From Heteronotia binoei (Eukaryota), in NCBI RefSeq assembly GCF_032191835.1, contig NC_083227.1, positions 40,858,001 through 40,922,000 on the forward strand: a stretch of 64,000 nucleotides of DNA, written 5' to 3'. The notes beneath the pieces are model-generated. The model was not told where the DNA came from and did no database searches. It saw only the letters and a list, made by a program, of their open reading frames with translations. The number at the start of each line of letters is the position of its first letter. The first letter of the stretch is position 1. The position numbers were made by a program, and so were the translations under genes. Positions 48,433 to 60,337 of the stretch are shown in pieces.

Positions 48433-48710
48433 CAGTTTGGTGGAGTGGTTAAGTGTGCGGACTCTTATTTGGGAGAACTGGATTTGATTCTCCACTCCTC
48501 CACTTGGAGCTGCTGGAATGGCCTTGGGTCAGCCATAGCTCTCACAGAGGTTGTCTTTGAAAAGGCAGTTTCTGTGAGAGCTCTCTCAGCCCTACCCACT
48601 TCACAGGGTGTCTTTTGTGAGGGGGGGGGGGAGGTAAAGGAGATTGTGACCGCCCTGAGACTCTGAGATTCAGAGTATAAGGTGGGATATAAATCCAATT
48701 CCTCCTTCTT
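48433..48710 (+). mobile_element. tRNA-derived SINE (Squam3-like)
   Basis: CAGTTTGGTGGAGTGGTTAAG head and GGTGGGATATAAATCCAA end. Confidence 0.85.
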
Positions 48711-49176
48711 AAAGACCAATAACATTTATTATTTTATTATTTATTCTATTTCTGAATTGCCCAATCGCTACTTACGCAGGGCTCTGAACAATGTACAGTA
48801 ACATATATTACATTAAAACAATATAATTAAAACACACACCACAATATTTTGCTATTTAATGAAGTGAGCCCTGACTCCTGAGAGCTTGTACTCGAATATG
48901 TCTGGTTAATCTTCAGGTTGGTACTGGAACTTTGTTCTATTATGCTGCAACAAACGGACACAGCTCTTCCTCTAGAATTTTGTTTAAGGTCACTTACAGC
49001 ATCATACTATAAGGCATGGCAAATAATGTGAGTTCACTAAAGTGGATACATTACTGTTGCTGACATTAACCCACCCTGGGTCTCTGTGTTCTTACATACA
49101 TGTCACTTGTTCACACACATGTAAAAGCACATTCATTCTCTGTGTGCCACCACCCCAAGTTAAGTGCCCGTTATGG

Positions 49177-49329
49177 TAATGAAAATTAAACTTTGCTTCT
49201 GTTATGTTGCTTTCTCTTGCAATTACCCATGTAACAGGCTCATAGATTACACAAACAGCTTCTTCTGTTTTCTGTGCCTGCCCAAATCATTTATAAAATG
49301 AGTGTTTCACAAAGAGTTTTCTCAGTGCT
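49177..49329 (-). pseudogene. Orphan OR C-terminal tail and 3' UTR
   Basis: 49287-49328 encodes ALRKLFVKHSFYK* (neighbouring gene ends ALRKLFAKYALH*); the rest is a diverged copy of that gene's 3' UTR (49341-49460). Confidence 0.75.
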
Positions 49330-49459
49330 AAAATTAATTAAATGAAAATTAAACTTTGCTTCTGTTATCATAAGTTGATTTCTCTCATAATTAGCCCTGT
49401 GACAAGCTCAGAGATTACACAAAACCAACTTCCTTTGTTTTCCATGCCTGCCCAAAACA

Positions 49460-50413
49460 TTAATGCAATGCATATTTTGCAAAAAGTTTTCTTAGTGCTG
49501 CTGACACATCCCGGTTTCTCAGACTGTATATGAAAGGGTTCATTGTGGCAGGAACAATAGTACAAAACACGGTATTAGTCATGGACTTTTGCGCTGAATA
49601 GGAAGATACAGGTGTCATGTATGTCAACATAGATGCTCCATAGAAAAGCCCCACCACGCACAAGTGGGACAGGCAGGTACCCACAGCTTTGTGGCTTCTC
49701 TTAGAGGAATGAGGTCCTAGGACTTGCAGGAGGATGGCTATGTAGGAAGCAAGGATGACTGAGACTGGGATGAGGAACACCAGGAAATCCCCAATGTATA
49801 TTGTTCTTTCAAATGCAGAATTGTCAGAGCAGGACAACTGAACAAGGGCTGGGTAATCGCACATGTTGTGTTTAATCACATTGGACTTGCAGTAGGGAAG
49901 AGGAAGCACATAAAAAGAACATGTTAGAGCCTGTACACAAGACCAGAACCAGACACCCACTGACATGATGTAGCATATTCTTCTCCTCATGAGGAATGGA
50001 TATTGCAAAGGCCTGCAGATGGCCACATACCTGTCATATGACATGGTAGCCAAAATGAGGCATTCTGCTCCTCCCAAGGTCAGTGTGATGAAAATTTGTG
50101 TGACACATGCATACAGTGAAATGTTGTATTTCTGGGTTACAAAATTTACCATGGTTTGGGGAATAATCGAGAGAACCTGGCAGAGATCCATGAAGGCTAA
50201 CTGGCTAAGGAAAAAGTACATTGGTGTCTGCAGTCCAGAGTCCATTTTAATTAGAATCAAAAGAAAACTATTCCCAATCAAAGCAATTAGAAACATTATG
50301 AGATTCATTCCAAGAAAGATGGTGGGTGCCTTATGATACAGAAGACCAGCAAGAACAAATTCTGTCCAAGATGTTGTATTCTTCTCTCCCTTTGTTACAT
50401 CCTTTGCAATCAT
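49460..50413 (-). CDS. Olfactory receptor, intact (317 aa from the likely ATG), divergent OR2-like clade
   Basis: GN, LQTPMY, MSYDRYVAICRPLQYP, KAVGTCLSHL, MNPFIYSLRN and sequon NTT. Start placed at MIAKDV, just after an acceptor-like TTGTTATTTTTAAG; the in-frame upstream extension is not conserved with the paralogue. Confidence 0.92.
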   Translation of the reverse strand: MIAKDVTKGEKNTTSWTEFVLAGLLYHKAPTIFLGMNLIMFLIALIGNSFLLILIKMDSGLQTPMYFFLSQLAFMDLCQVLSIIPQTMVNFVTQKYNISLYACVTQIFITLTLGGAECLILATMSYDRYVAICRPLQYPFLMRRRICYIMSVGVWFWSCVQALTCSFYVLPLPYCKSNVIKHNMCDYPALVQLSCSDNSAFERTIYIGDFLVFLIPVSVILASYIAILLQVLGPHSSKRSHKAVGTCLSHLCVVGLFYGASMLTYMTPVSSYSAQKSMTNTVFCTIVPATMNPFIYSLRNRDVSAALRKLFAKYALH

Positions 50414-52514
50414 TTCACTTAAAAATAACAATATAATGGAATCAGTCATTAAGTACTGTATCAAAATTGGAGTAATATCCATTACTAATATTACCTTAAA
50501 AAGTAGAAGTTAGCTTGCCTGGGGAATTATAGATGTTTCTATGCAAATGCTAGAAGTGTTCGAAGAAAAATTGGTGAATTGGAATGTTTTGTGTTGGGAG
50601 AAAACATAGACATTGTGGGAATTTCAGAAACTTGGTGGAATGAGGAGAATCAGTGGGACACGGTGATTCCTGGATATAAGTTATATTGGAAGGATAGGAA
50701 GGGAAGGATTGGAGGTAGGGTGGCTCTGTATGTCAGAGAGAATATATGGTCCAGTAAGACTGAGGTCAGAGAATTAGATTCCCTTCTAGAAATGCTTTGG
50801 GTTGAAATAGAGGGATTTGGTCCTAAGTAATGCCCAAGACTTGGTGAGAGATGTAAACGTGATCGCACTGCTTGGGAGCAGTGACCATAACGTTATTGAT
50901 TTCACCATTTGTATAAATTTCTTCAAATATATTAGAAGCAGGAAACCAGCCAGGGAGGCAGTGGGGCCCTTGGATGACCAAGGGGTCAAAGGATTACTGA
51001 AGGAGGATAAGGAAATGGCTGAGAAGCTGAATGCATTTTTTGCCTCTGTCTTCACTGTGGAAGATGAAAAGTGTTTGTCCTCTCCAGAACCACTAATTTT
51101 GGAAGGGGTGTTGAAAGACCTGAGTCAGATTGAGGTGACAAAAAAGGAGGTTCTACAACTGATAGATGAATTAAAAACTAATAAGTCACCAGGTCCGGAT
51201 GGTTCTGAAAGAACTCAAAGTTGAACTTCTGGATCTTCTGACAAAAATCTGTAATCTTTCATTGAAATCTGCCTCCGTTCCTGAGTACTGGAAGGTAGCA
51301 AATGTCACCCCCATCTTTAAAAAGGGTTCCAGAGGAGATCCAGGAAATTACAGGCCAGTCAGTCTGACTTCAATACCAGGAAGGTTGGTAGAAACCATTA
51401 TCAAGGACAGAATGAGTAGGCACATTGATGAACACGGGTTGTTGAGGAAGACTCAGCATGGGTTCTGTAAGGGAAGATCTTGCCTCACTAACCTGTTACA
51501 TTTCTTTGAGGGGGTGAACAAATATATGGACAAAGGAGACCAAATAGATTTTGTTTACCTTGACTTCCAGAAAGCTTTTGATAAAGTTCCTCATTAAAGG
51601 CTCCTTAGAAAGCTCGAGAGTCATGGAGTAAAAGGACAGGTCCTCTCGTGGATCAAAAACTGGCTGATTAATAAGAAGCAGAGAGTGAGTATAAATGGGC
51701 AGTCTTCGCAGTGGAAGACGGTAAGCAGTGGGGTGCCGTAGGGCTCAGTACTGGGTCCCATGCTCTTTAACTTGTTCATAAATGATTTGGAGTTGGGAGT
51801 GAGCAGTGAAGTGGCCAAGTTTGCAGATGACACTAAATTTTTTGGGGTGGTGAGAACCACAGAGGATTATGAGGCACTCCAAAGGGATCTGTTGAGGCTG
51901 GGTGAGTGGGCGTCAACGTGGCAGATGCGGTTCAATGTGGCCAAGTGCAAAGTAATGCACATTGGGGCCAAGAATCCCTGCTACAAATACAAGTTGATGG
52001 GGTGTGAACTGGCAGAGACTGACCAAGAGAGAGATCTTGGGGTCGTGGTAGATAACTCACTGAAAATGTCAAGACAGTGTATGATTGCAGTAAAGAAGGC
52101 CAACGCCATGCTGGGAATTATTAGGAAGGGAATAGATAACAAATCAGCCAGTATCATAATGCCCCTGTGTAAATCGATGGTGCGGTCTCATTTGGAGTAC
52201 TGTGTGCAGTTCTGGTCGCCGCACCTCAAAAAGGATATTATAACATTGGAGAAAGTCTAGAAAAGGGCAACTAGAATGATTAAAGGGTTGGAACTCTTTC
52301 CCTATGAAGAAAGGTTGAAACGCTTGGGGCTTTTTAGCTTGGAGAAACGTCGCCTGCGGGGTGACATGATAGAGGTTTACAAGATAATGCATGGGATGGA
52401 GAAAACAGAGAAAGAAGTACTTTTCTCCCTTTCTCACAATACAAGAACTCGTGGGCATTCGATGAAATTGCTGAGCAGTCAGGTTAAAACGGATAAAAGG
52501 AAGTACTTCTTCAC

Positions 52515-52743
52515 NNNNNNNNNNNNNNNNNNNNNNNNNNNNNNNNNNNNNNNNNNNNNNNNNNNNNNNNNNNNNNNNNNNNNNNNNNNNNNNNNNNNNN
52601 NNNNNNNNNNNNNNNNNNNNNNNNNNNNNNNNNNNNNNNNNNNNNNNNNNNNNNNNNNNNNNNNNNNNNNNNNNNNNNNNNNNNNNNNNNNNNNNNNNNN
52701 NNNNNNNNNNNNNNNNNNNNNNNNNNNNNNNNNNNNNNNNNNN
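52515..52743. other. Assembly gap (229 N)
   Basis: Run of n bases. Confidence 1.
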
Positions 52744-52903
52744 NGACTCACTTTTCCCCCCCAAAAAAGTGGAGGGAAAAGTGTGTGCGTCTTAAGGAGC
52801 GAATACTGCAAAAAATTCACACAAATGCCTCTAAATTCACACAAACGGCTCTAAAAACTAGGTGCGTCTTATGTTCAGGTGCGTCTTATGGAGCGAAAAA
52901 TAC

Positions 52904-52905
<2 letters not shown>
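52744..52905. mobile_element. Tc/mariner (Tc2-like) MITE end inserted at a TA repeat within the CR1 3' UTR
   Basis: End GCGTCTTATGGAGCGAAAAATACGG followed by TA; subterminal GTGCGTCTTA repeats; other end in the gap. Confidence 0.6.

Positions 52906-52962
<57 letters not shown>
52906..52962. repeat. (TA)n microsatellite
   Basis: About 28 perfect TA units. Confidence 0.95.
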
Positions 52963-52965
<3 letters not shown>

Positions 52966-53080
52966 AAACTGGATGGGCCATTGGCCTGATCCAACATGGC
53001 TTCTCTTATGTTCTTATGTTCTTAATTTGAAAAAAATCCTTACAGAAAGTCTTTGTTTTGTATCATCATAAAGTTTCAAC

Positions 53081-53249
53081 CAGGGCATTTTCCCCCTCTG
53101 GAAAAAGAGGTGCCGGAAGTCTCGAGAGGGAAATGAAGGACAAACACATGTATGCCCTTCATGAACTTTAAACATATTTTGATAATTTTATTTTCCACAA
53201 AGAGGTTCCAGAACTTTATTCCACCATGTTCCCCCATAAAAAAGCCCTG
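53081..53249. mobile_element. hAT-type MITE
   Basis: TIRs CAGGGCATTTT / AAAAAGCCCTG; TSD GTTTCAAC / GTTTCAGC; single empty site GTTTCAGC at 63064-63071 in the paralogue. Confidence 0.9.
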
Positions 53250-56200
53250 GTTTCAGCCATATGTATGCAGATAGGCACTCTGATTTATTTGAACATGAAT
53301 GGAGTTGCTGGAACTCAAATCTTACCTATTCTGTGCCAGATCTTATCCATTTGTGAACATACAAGAAACTACCTTATACTAAATCAGACCTTTGGTCCTT
53401 CAAATTCAGTATATAGGGTAGCTCTAGAAATTGGCAGCAATTCATCTCCAGCAGTTCCTAGAGCTACCTATGTCACTTCCAGTTTTCTACTGGAAGCTAC
53501 AGGAATGCACAGCAAGAACTTGTGAAAAGGACCAATCACCTGCTAATGTTCCTTCTAAGTTCCACAGTGTTGTGAGCAGAAATTCTACCTTGTGAGGGAA
53601 AAAAGCTGCTAGCCTTAAAATTGTGAGTGAACCTCCATATAATTGTTGTGTAAATTACTTTTTTTGGAAGATTACTTCCATAAAATCTCAGAGAAAATTC
53701 TTTTAAATTACATTTAAATTGTATTTTAAAATAATTTAAATGCTATAAGAGAAAACAGAATCAAGTCAAATTTCATCCACCCCTATCCAATATATTGGTA
53801 GACCTCTCCTCCGGAGAACAGGTCTACTTGCTCCTTTCCACTATATTAGTAGACCTAGCCTTGAACTGTCACCCTGTGCTAAGCCTTAGAAAGGGGGGGA
53901 GGGGGGGCAGTTCTTGCAGTCTACTTTTTTTTTAATAGTGAAATATGACAACCACCATTATAGGTCAAGCATAATAGAGGAGGAACAATCACTGTCAGAA
54001 CCCTGCGTAACATAGCAAACAGAAAGTTGTTTAAATGTTAATCTAACCAAACTACTTATTTATTCAAATATTTATATCTCACTTCTCCCTTGATACAAGG
54101 CAGGTTACAAATCATACTGAAAAGCATAATAGGGGTGTGCATTTTTCCTGTTTCCATTGTAGCCTATGGGGACTGTTATAGCCAATGGGCCCCATAGGCT
54201 ATAATGGAGAATAAATTTGGGGGGGATCTGGGGCTCCGAGGGGGCTGTTTTTTGAGGTGGGTGCACCAAATTTACAGCATAGATACTGGTGCCTCTCCTC
54301 AAAAATCTCCTCAAGTTTCGAAAATATTGGACCGAGGCGTCAAATTTTATGGGCCCCAGAAAGAGGTGCCCCCATCTTCAATTGTTTCCATAGGACAGCC
54401 AGTATCAACCAAAACATCAATATATTCAAATACTAGATTGAAAGAGCACTTAACATTGTTTTACAATATGTTTTATATATTTCATCTATGATGTATTCTT
54501 ATTTTTATGTTTGGCTTATAATAATATTGGTTTTTATGACCTTGAATGTGAGCTGCCCTGAGCCTGCCTTGGCGGGAAGGGCGGGATATAAGTCTAATAA
54601 ATAAATAAATTGTTTCCAATAAACAGGAAAGAATGCCTTGTGGGCTGTAGCAGAAATACCTTGAGCTGCCAGTTAAAATTTTGTGCACCAGCACACCCTA
54701 GCACAGCTTAGAGGGAACTATGATCACTACCTCTCAGCCTAAACTATTTCATAGAGTTGTTATTAATATAAAGAGGAGGGAGGAACCAATTCACACACCA
54801 CATTAAAGTAAAATTCAACTGAAAATAATAAAAGTGGGTTACAGCTCAGTGCTGCAAAATCCTGAGGAGTCTTCCCTCCCTCTCCCCGCCCCAAGTCAGA
54901 ATATGGCATGAAGCAGAATCCTGATTTTTACCCACATTTAATACTCCAACAGCTGGAAGTTTGTATCTGAGATGGCCGCATGATGTTGGTGCTTCCCTTT
55001 AAATCCTTTTTATGGGTCTGAGTCCAGAATACATGATTCCACCCCTGCATGAAGGAATGCATTCTGACATGTTTGTCTTTCAATATTAGTGTAAAATTCC
55101 TGAAGTTTCAGCTTCTGTCAAAGTGACGGTCAACTTCAGGAAAGCTTCCTCAGCCATTATGGAACTATGGTAGTTGCCTCTCAAGTTTTCCAGATTTAGG
55201 ATTCTGACTCATTTAAAGTCTTACTTTGACATACTGTTAATAGTATATGGTTCAATTAAATTATACTTATTTTCTGATTATTGTCTCCTCCTAATAAATC
55301 AAAAGATGCTTTCAGTCATATCTTCATTCTATTTTTATTCACTTCCTTGAAAATTGTGCTGTTATGTGATTATAAAGTTTCAAAATAGAGGACTAAATTG
55401 AGAATTAGAGACAGGTTTTAAACTTGTCTCTGTGCACTTTTTAAATCCAAAGTGAACAAATTGTCATGAATATGCAAAATATTTAATACTTCTGCAAGAT
55501 CTAACCAAATATGAATAAAAAGGAAATCTATAATTTGTTTGTCCATTGGTCTGCCTATTCTTCAGTCAAACTTTTTTTGTATATGCAAAATAATGTCATC
55601 AAGTAACATCAGGTTACAAAGAAGGTATGCCTTCTGTAAAGCTATATTTTTTGTCCAATCCTTACTGTAAGGAAATTAGGACAGTATTCATGGTATTCTC
55701 CTATATCTTATCGTCATAATAATTCTGTCAGATAAATTCGGCTAAGAGAATGTGGTAGTGAAATTCATGGCTAAGCATTAATTTGAACCCAGATCTTTCA
55801 AGGCCAGAATTCTAACTACTCTGCTAGACTGGATGAGATTTGTTTCAGAATTTAAGAATCACTTAAGAATCACATACTTGAGCCTTCAGATATTCACAAG
55901 AGCAGATAGAAAAACTGTTCCAGATTTTTTTTCAGTTAGCATATGTGCAAATGATCAAAGGAGAAGTTTTAATTCTCCAATTTCACCTGTTTTGTAGGTT
56001 CCCCAAATGATCTACTTTGATTCTGTCAAAATGTTTACATGTCTTCAGTGCCCAGTTGTTGGCCCTCCAGCAGAACTGGTTAGCCACTGTTTGAGACAGG
56101 ATGCCCAACAAGATACAACACTGATCTGATTCAGTAGGGCTTGTTTGATAGTCTTACATACTGTTGTTGCAAGTGATCTAAAGTCAAAAAGTTTAGAGTT

Positions 56201-56294
56201 TATGATTGTAAATATTTTAGTCTGTAGAGTAAAGAAAACACCTTCAACAATAGATTCAGGTGAGTAGCCATGTTGGTCTGAATGAGAAAACAAA

Positions 56295-56559
56295 GACTGA
56301 TTTCACACTAGGCCTGTTCCGGGTGGAGAACCCTTTTGCTACCGGGGCTTCTCTCCATTTTCACACAAGTTACCCTGGAGCTGCGAGTTGGCACACGGCT
56401 ATTCTGAAGCAAGCAAGATCCTCTGACAAGCAGTTTCTGCTTGCTGAGGAAAAGCAGCATGCCAACTCGCTGCTCCGGGGCAATTTGTGCAAAAATGGAG
56501 AAAAGCCCCAGTAACAAAAGGGCTCACCACCCGGAACAAGCACTAGTGCAAAATCAGTC
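56295..56559. mobile_element. PIF/Harbinger-type palindromic MITE
   Basis: About 45 bp imperfect TIRs GACTGATTTCACACTAG.. / ..CTAGTGCAAAATCAGTC; 3 bp TSD AAA. Confidence 0.75.
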
Positions 56560-56821
56560 AAAGTTTTAGTTCAATGGCACTTTTAATGCCAACAAACTAA
56601 TTCTGGGTAGAAGATACCCAGAAATGAACTTGGTTGGTCTTAAAGGTTCCACAGGGTTCAAACTTTGTTCTATCTTCAACAAGGTCCTACCTTCAATTTG
56701 TACTCTTAAAATGTTTTTAATTTTTTAAATGAAGTATAAATATTTATATTTTGCAGCAAATTGCATTAAAAAATAAACATTTTTCCCATCTCTTTTTCCT
56801 CTCTGTTTCAACAAGTTCAGA

Positions 56822-57030
56822 CCCCCATTAGCATATAGTGGAAGTTGGGATTTTTTCTTCCATGTGCATCACCCTACACTTGACAATATTTAACTTCATC
56901 TGCCATTGTTGCCCACTCACCCAATTTTTAGCAGTCCTTCTGTAGTCTTCATAGTTGTCCTTGGTTTTCACTATCCTGAATAATTTTATGTCATTTGATA
57001 ACTTGGCCACTTCAATGCTCACCTTCAGTA
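56822..57030 (-). mobile_element. Old CR1 RT fragment
   Basis: ORF 56828-57115 contains EVAKLSNDIKLFRIVK...WQMKLNIVKCRVMH. Confidence 0.75.
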
Positions 57031-57949
57031 GATAGTAACTTACATGGAAAAATTGATGTATCTTCACCTTGACATTTTCTAAGCTACATCCTATCTTACA
57101 TTCTAAGTTGAACACATTCTAAATTACATTTTCTAGGTGACACTCTTTATTAAGCTACCATTTATAGAAGAATATAAAAAGTGTTGTTTCATTTAATTCC
57201 ATCCAAATCAGGAGCAGCATTTCTATCATCTCATTTTTAAAATCTCCAATGACAAATTCTGAGCTTTCACCATCTTGAGGGAATTTTGCACCAAGACTTT
57301 AATTAAGATGCAGTTTACAGAAGTTTTAATTTGCCACCTTGCAAAGTTTGGTACCACTTTGTTGTTCAATGATTTTTTCTTATGATAATTCCTTTAATGG
57401 GGGTTTAATGGTTCCATTTCTTGTTTCCCACTCTATATCTTACATATAACATGAAGAATGGCATCTGAAAGGAGGGGAGTTGAAGGGGACATTAATTGTT
57501 ACTTCATGTCCCACTTTCCCCCTCCATCCCTCTCTACTATACACTTGTTTTAATTTTATTTACTAAATTAACTCAAATGCAAGACTAGATTCCCCCCCAC
57601 AGATACACTGTCCAAAAAAAGAGAGAGAGATGGAAGTCACCTTAAATGCGCATACAAAACGTGATGCCCAATAATAAAAATCTTTTGGGCTATAATATTA
57701 GGGGGAGTTATTATTCAATCAGGGTCATCTTTCTTTTGAGTAAGTATGATAGCCTGCTTTTAAAAATCAACACACCCATAAAGAGGCTTATATATAAAAT
57801 TATGCAGTGTAAAATTGTTAAAAATATTTTTAAATCACAATAATAAAATAACAACAAAAGAATGGCCAAAAGGAAAAAATCCACAGTTAACGCAGTTGTG
57901 AAAGGGTTAACCAAGCCCATAAAGTTGCTGAAATATAACTTGTGTGTTT

Positions 57950-58375
57950 TGAGTGACACCAATGAGGAAGCCAACTGGGTCTCCCCAGGGAGAATGTCAT
58001 ATCTATAGCCTCTGTGACAATACTGAGGAAAAAAGGCCATCTTGCTTGACTTCCCAGTGTACCTCAGATGGCTACACTGTACCTGTTGCAGAAGATCAGA
58101 AGCCAATGAATTTCATATAAGACAATGTGATCCTTCAGGTAACCTCGCCCCTGACCATTAAGGGCTTTACTGGTCAACCCCAGCACCTTTAACTGGTCCA
58201 AGAGGAAGGTGTAGTTATTTTAAGCCTGCAAAAACATTAATAAAGTGCCTTGGATTTTGATCATCTGTAGCTTTTGAACAGATTTCAAAAGCTACCTCAC
58301 ACAAAGCACAATACAATAACCTAGTTTATATGTCACCAGGATATGTGAAACCAACATTTTCTTAAGGATATGGTT
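57950..58375 (-). mobile_element. Old L2 fragment
   Basis: Minus strand QLKVLGLTSKALNGQGRGYLKDH resembles the L2 ORF2 C-terminus. Confidence 0.5.
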
Positions 58376-58718
58376 CAGTGGTTCCCAACCTTTTTGACAC
58401 CAGGGACCGGTTTTGTGGAAGACAATTTTTCATGGGACTGGTGGGGGGGTATACTGGGGGTTTTGCCGCTCCAGGCTGCCCATGCCTGCCCCGTCTGTGC
58501 CCCCCATAGGGGTCTTTAAATGAGGGGTAGGTGAAAATCGCTGCTGCGATGCCCCCTTCTGCCCACCTGGGACCTGGGCAGATGAAAGAGGTGGTGCTTC
58601 AGAGCTAGTCCACCAAGACCCCAGGCGGGTGAAAGGGTTGGCAGGGCTGCTCTGCGGCCCGGTTGCTAACAGGCCATGGACCGGTGCCGGTCCACGGAAT
58701 GGGGCTTGCGGACCCCTG
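58376..58718. mobile_element. hAT-Charlie (MER1-like) non-autonomous element
   Basis: Left end CAGTGGTTCCCAACCTTTTTGACACCAGGGACCGGTTTTGTGGAAGACAATTTTTC; right end GCGGCCCGGTTGCTAACAGGCCATGGACCGGT...GACCCCTG; degenerate 8 bp TSD ATATGGTT/GTATAGTT. Confidence 0.8.
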
Positions 58719-59711
58719 GTATAGTTGATAAACCATCTTTAGCTGGTGAAAACCACTGCTAGATTTAGGAACACACCAAAGATCTGGCTCTGAGTATTCA
58801 GTGAAAGTCCAGCCACTTTCAAGACAAACTGAGCACCTAATTCTAGATCAGTTGTGTTCCTGATTGTCAAAACTTCTTTCTAATTCAGATTAAGTTTTAA
58901 CTTGTTTATTCCCATTTAGTTATAATGAATACTTCATATTAGCACCCTCCCCAAATGGAGCACAAGATAACCAGACTTAGGTTTAAGTACTTTATTTAAA
59001 CGTAATAAGTAAAATGTAATAAGGCCCATTGTGGGGAAAAATACAACTGGCTCTAGAAATTTGTTGTGGGTGAGTGTTGTGGCCTGGGGAGGGAAGGGAA
59101 AGATAGAGGAAGACAAAGTATGTCAAGAAGGCAGCTGTTGGGAAGGGCAAAGGAGACAGTGGGGAAATATGAGGCAGATTATCACAGCATGGGGGAGATT
59201 GAGTAATTGCCCCAGTGTGTGTGCTGTTTTTAATTTGGCTGCTGTGTGTGTGTGTTCAATTTCATTTGGTAGAAGTGCAGCCATCTTCTGGTAGTGTGGG
59301 GAAATGAAAATTGTATTCAGGGGGAGTGCACTGCTGTATTTTTATTTATGTTTTTGGGAGGAATGGGAAAGTCTCCTGGCTCTGGCCCAAAGTCTCCCAG
59401 CTCCACTCCAAAGGCCCCAGGTATTTTATATGTTGGTTCTGGCAAGCCTACAACCAAGCTTGGTCCTGTCAGGAAAGGGTAAGGGGAGGAGGCCTTTTCC
59501 AGGCCTATTTTGGCCTTTGAGGGCAAACCCATCAGGGCCAGTCCTGACTAGGGTTGTCAGCTCCAGGTTGGGAAATTCCTGGAGATTTTGTGATGGAGTC
59601 TATGGAAGCCAGACTTTGGGAAGGGGAGAGACTCTAGTTGAATATAATCCTCCAAAACACTTATTTTCTCCAGGGGAAAAGAGATCTATTGTCTGGATTT
59701 CACCATCTGGT

Positions 59712-60084
59712 GCATTTCAACAAGCTTCTTCAGACTAACAGAAAAACAAAAGCAGAGCAGCCTAAGGAGTGGTGTTTTCTTCTGTACAAACAGAGGGACC
59801 CTGCTGCTTCTCTTCCTTTTACACACTCACCAGGAAGACCCGTGGCTCTGCTTACTTGACCCACCCATTCAGCTTTCCTCTTGGTCTCCCATCCAAGCTG
59901 GCTGCACTTCCATGAAATGAAACTGAATACACACACACATATACACTCACAAGCCTTCTGCTGTATTTCAACCAACCTTTTCAGAGTAACAGGAAAACAA
60001 AAGTAGAGCAGTCTAAGGGGTGAAGTTTTCCCCCAGAGGAACTCTGCTGCTTCTCTTCCTTTTATACTCTTATCAGGAAGACCC
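59712..60084 (+). repeat. Diverged direct repeat of about 125 bp (59712-59841, 59963-60084)
   Basis: Shared blocks ATTTCAAC..TTCAGA.TAACAG.AAAACAAAAG.AGAGCAG.CTAAGG...CTGCTGCTTCTCTTCCTTTTA...CAGGAAGACCC. Confidence 0.8.
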
Positions 60085-60337
60085 AGGAGTCCTCAGTCAA
60101 TTGAGAGATGGCTTTCTGTGGCAGTTTCCTCCCTCCCTCTGTTTGCCAATCGATGGAAAGCTTTCTTTCTCTCCTCTGTGAAACAGTGCCTCAATCCTTA
60201 GCCAGTGGAATACAACAGATCTTGATTGACGGTTTCACAGGCCAAAGGTAGATGCAGTACAGCCCAAACTAATCAGGGTGCTCCATTTTGCACCATGAAA
60301 GGACTTTTATTTTATAAAGAATGGTTTAAATCATAAG

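Larger units (their letters stand above)
50511..53023 (+). mobile_element. CR1 LINE (ORF2 region with internal deletions), about 100 bp upstream of the OR ATG
   Basis: Same family as 8229-11722; deletions near 50815, 50917 and 51201. RT motifs KFADD, QHGFCKGRSCLTN; TTCTTATGTTCTT tail; absent at the equivalent site of the paralogue (about 63010). Confidence 0.95.

Noticed and set aside
50414-50482. N-terminal OR extensions in the ORF track (also 62916-63035)
   Set aside because: AT-rich, different in length and sequence between paralogues, and contain an acceptor-like pyrimidine tract; likely intron or UTR.
50810-51210. Spliced CR1 RNA as the source of the internal deletions (about 260, 400 and 15 bp versus the 8-11 kb copy)
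   Set aside because: The deleted segments do not start with GT and end with AG; the junctions show only 1-5 bp microhomology, fitting repair deletions.
52144-52967. ORFs spanning the N gap and the (TA)n tract (also 38823-39066)
   Set aside because: Artefacts of N translation and dinucleotide repeats.
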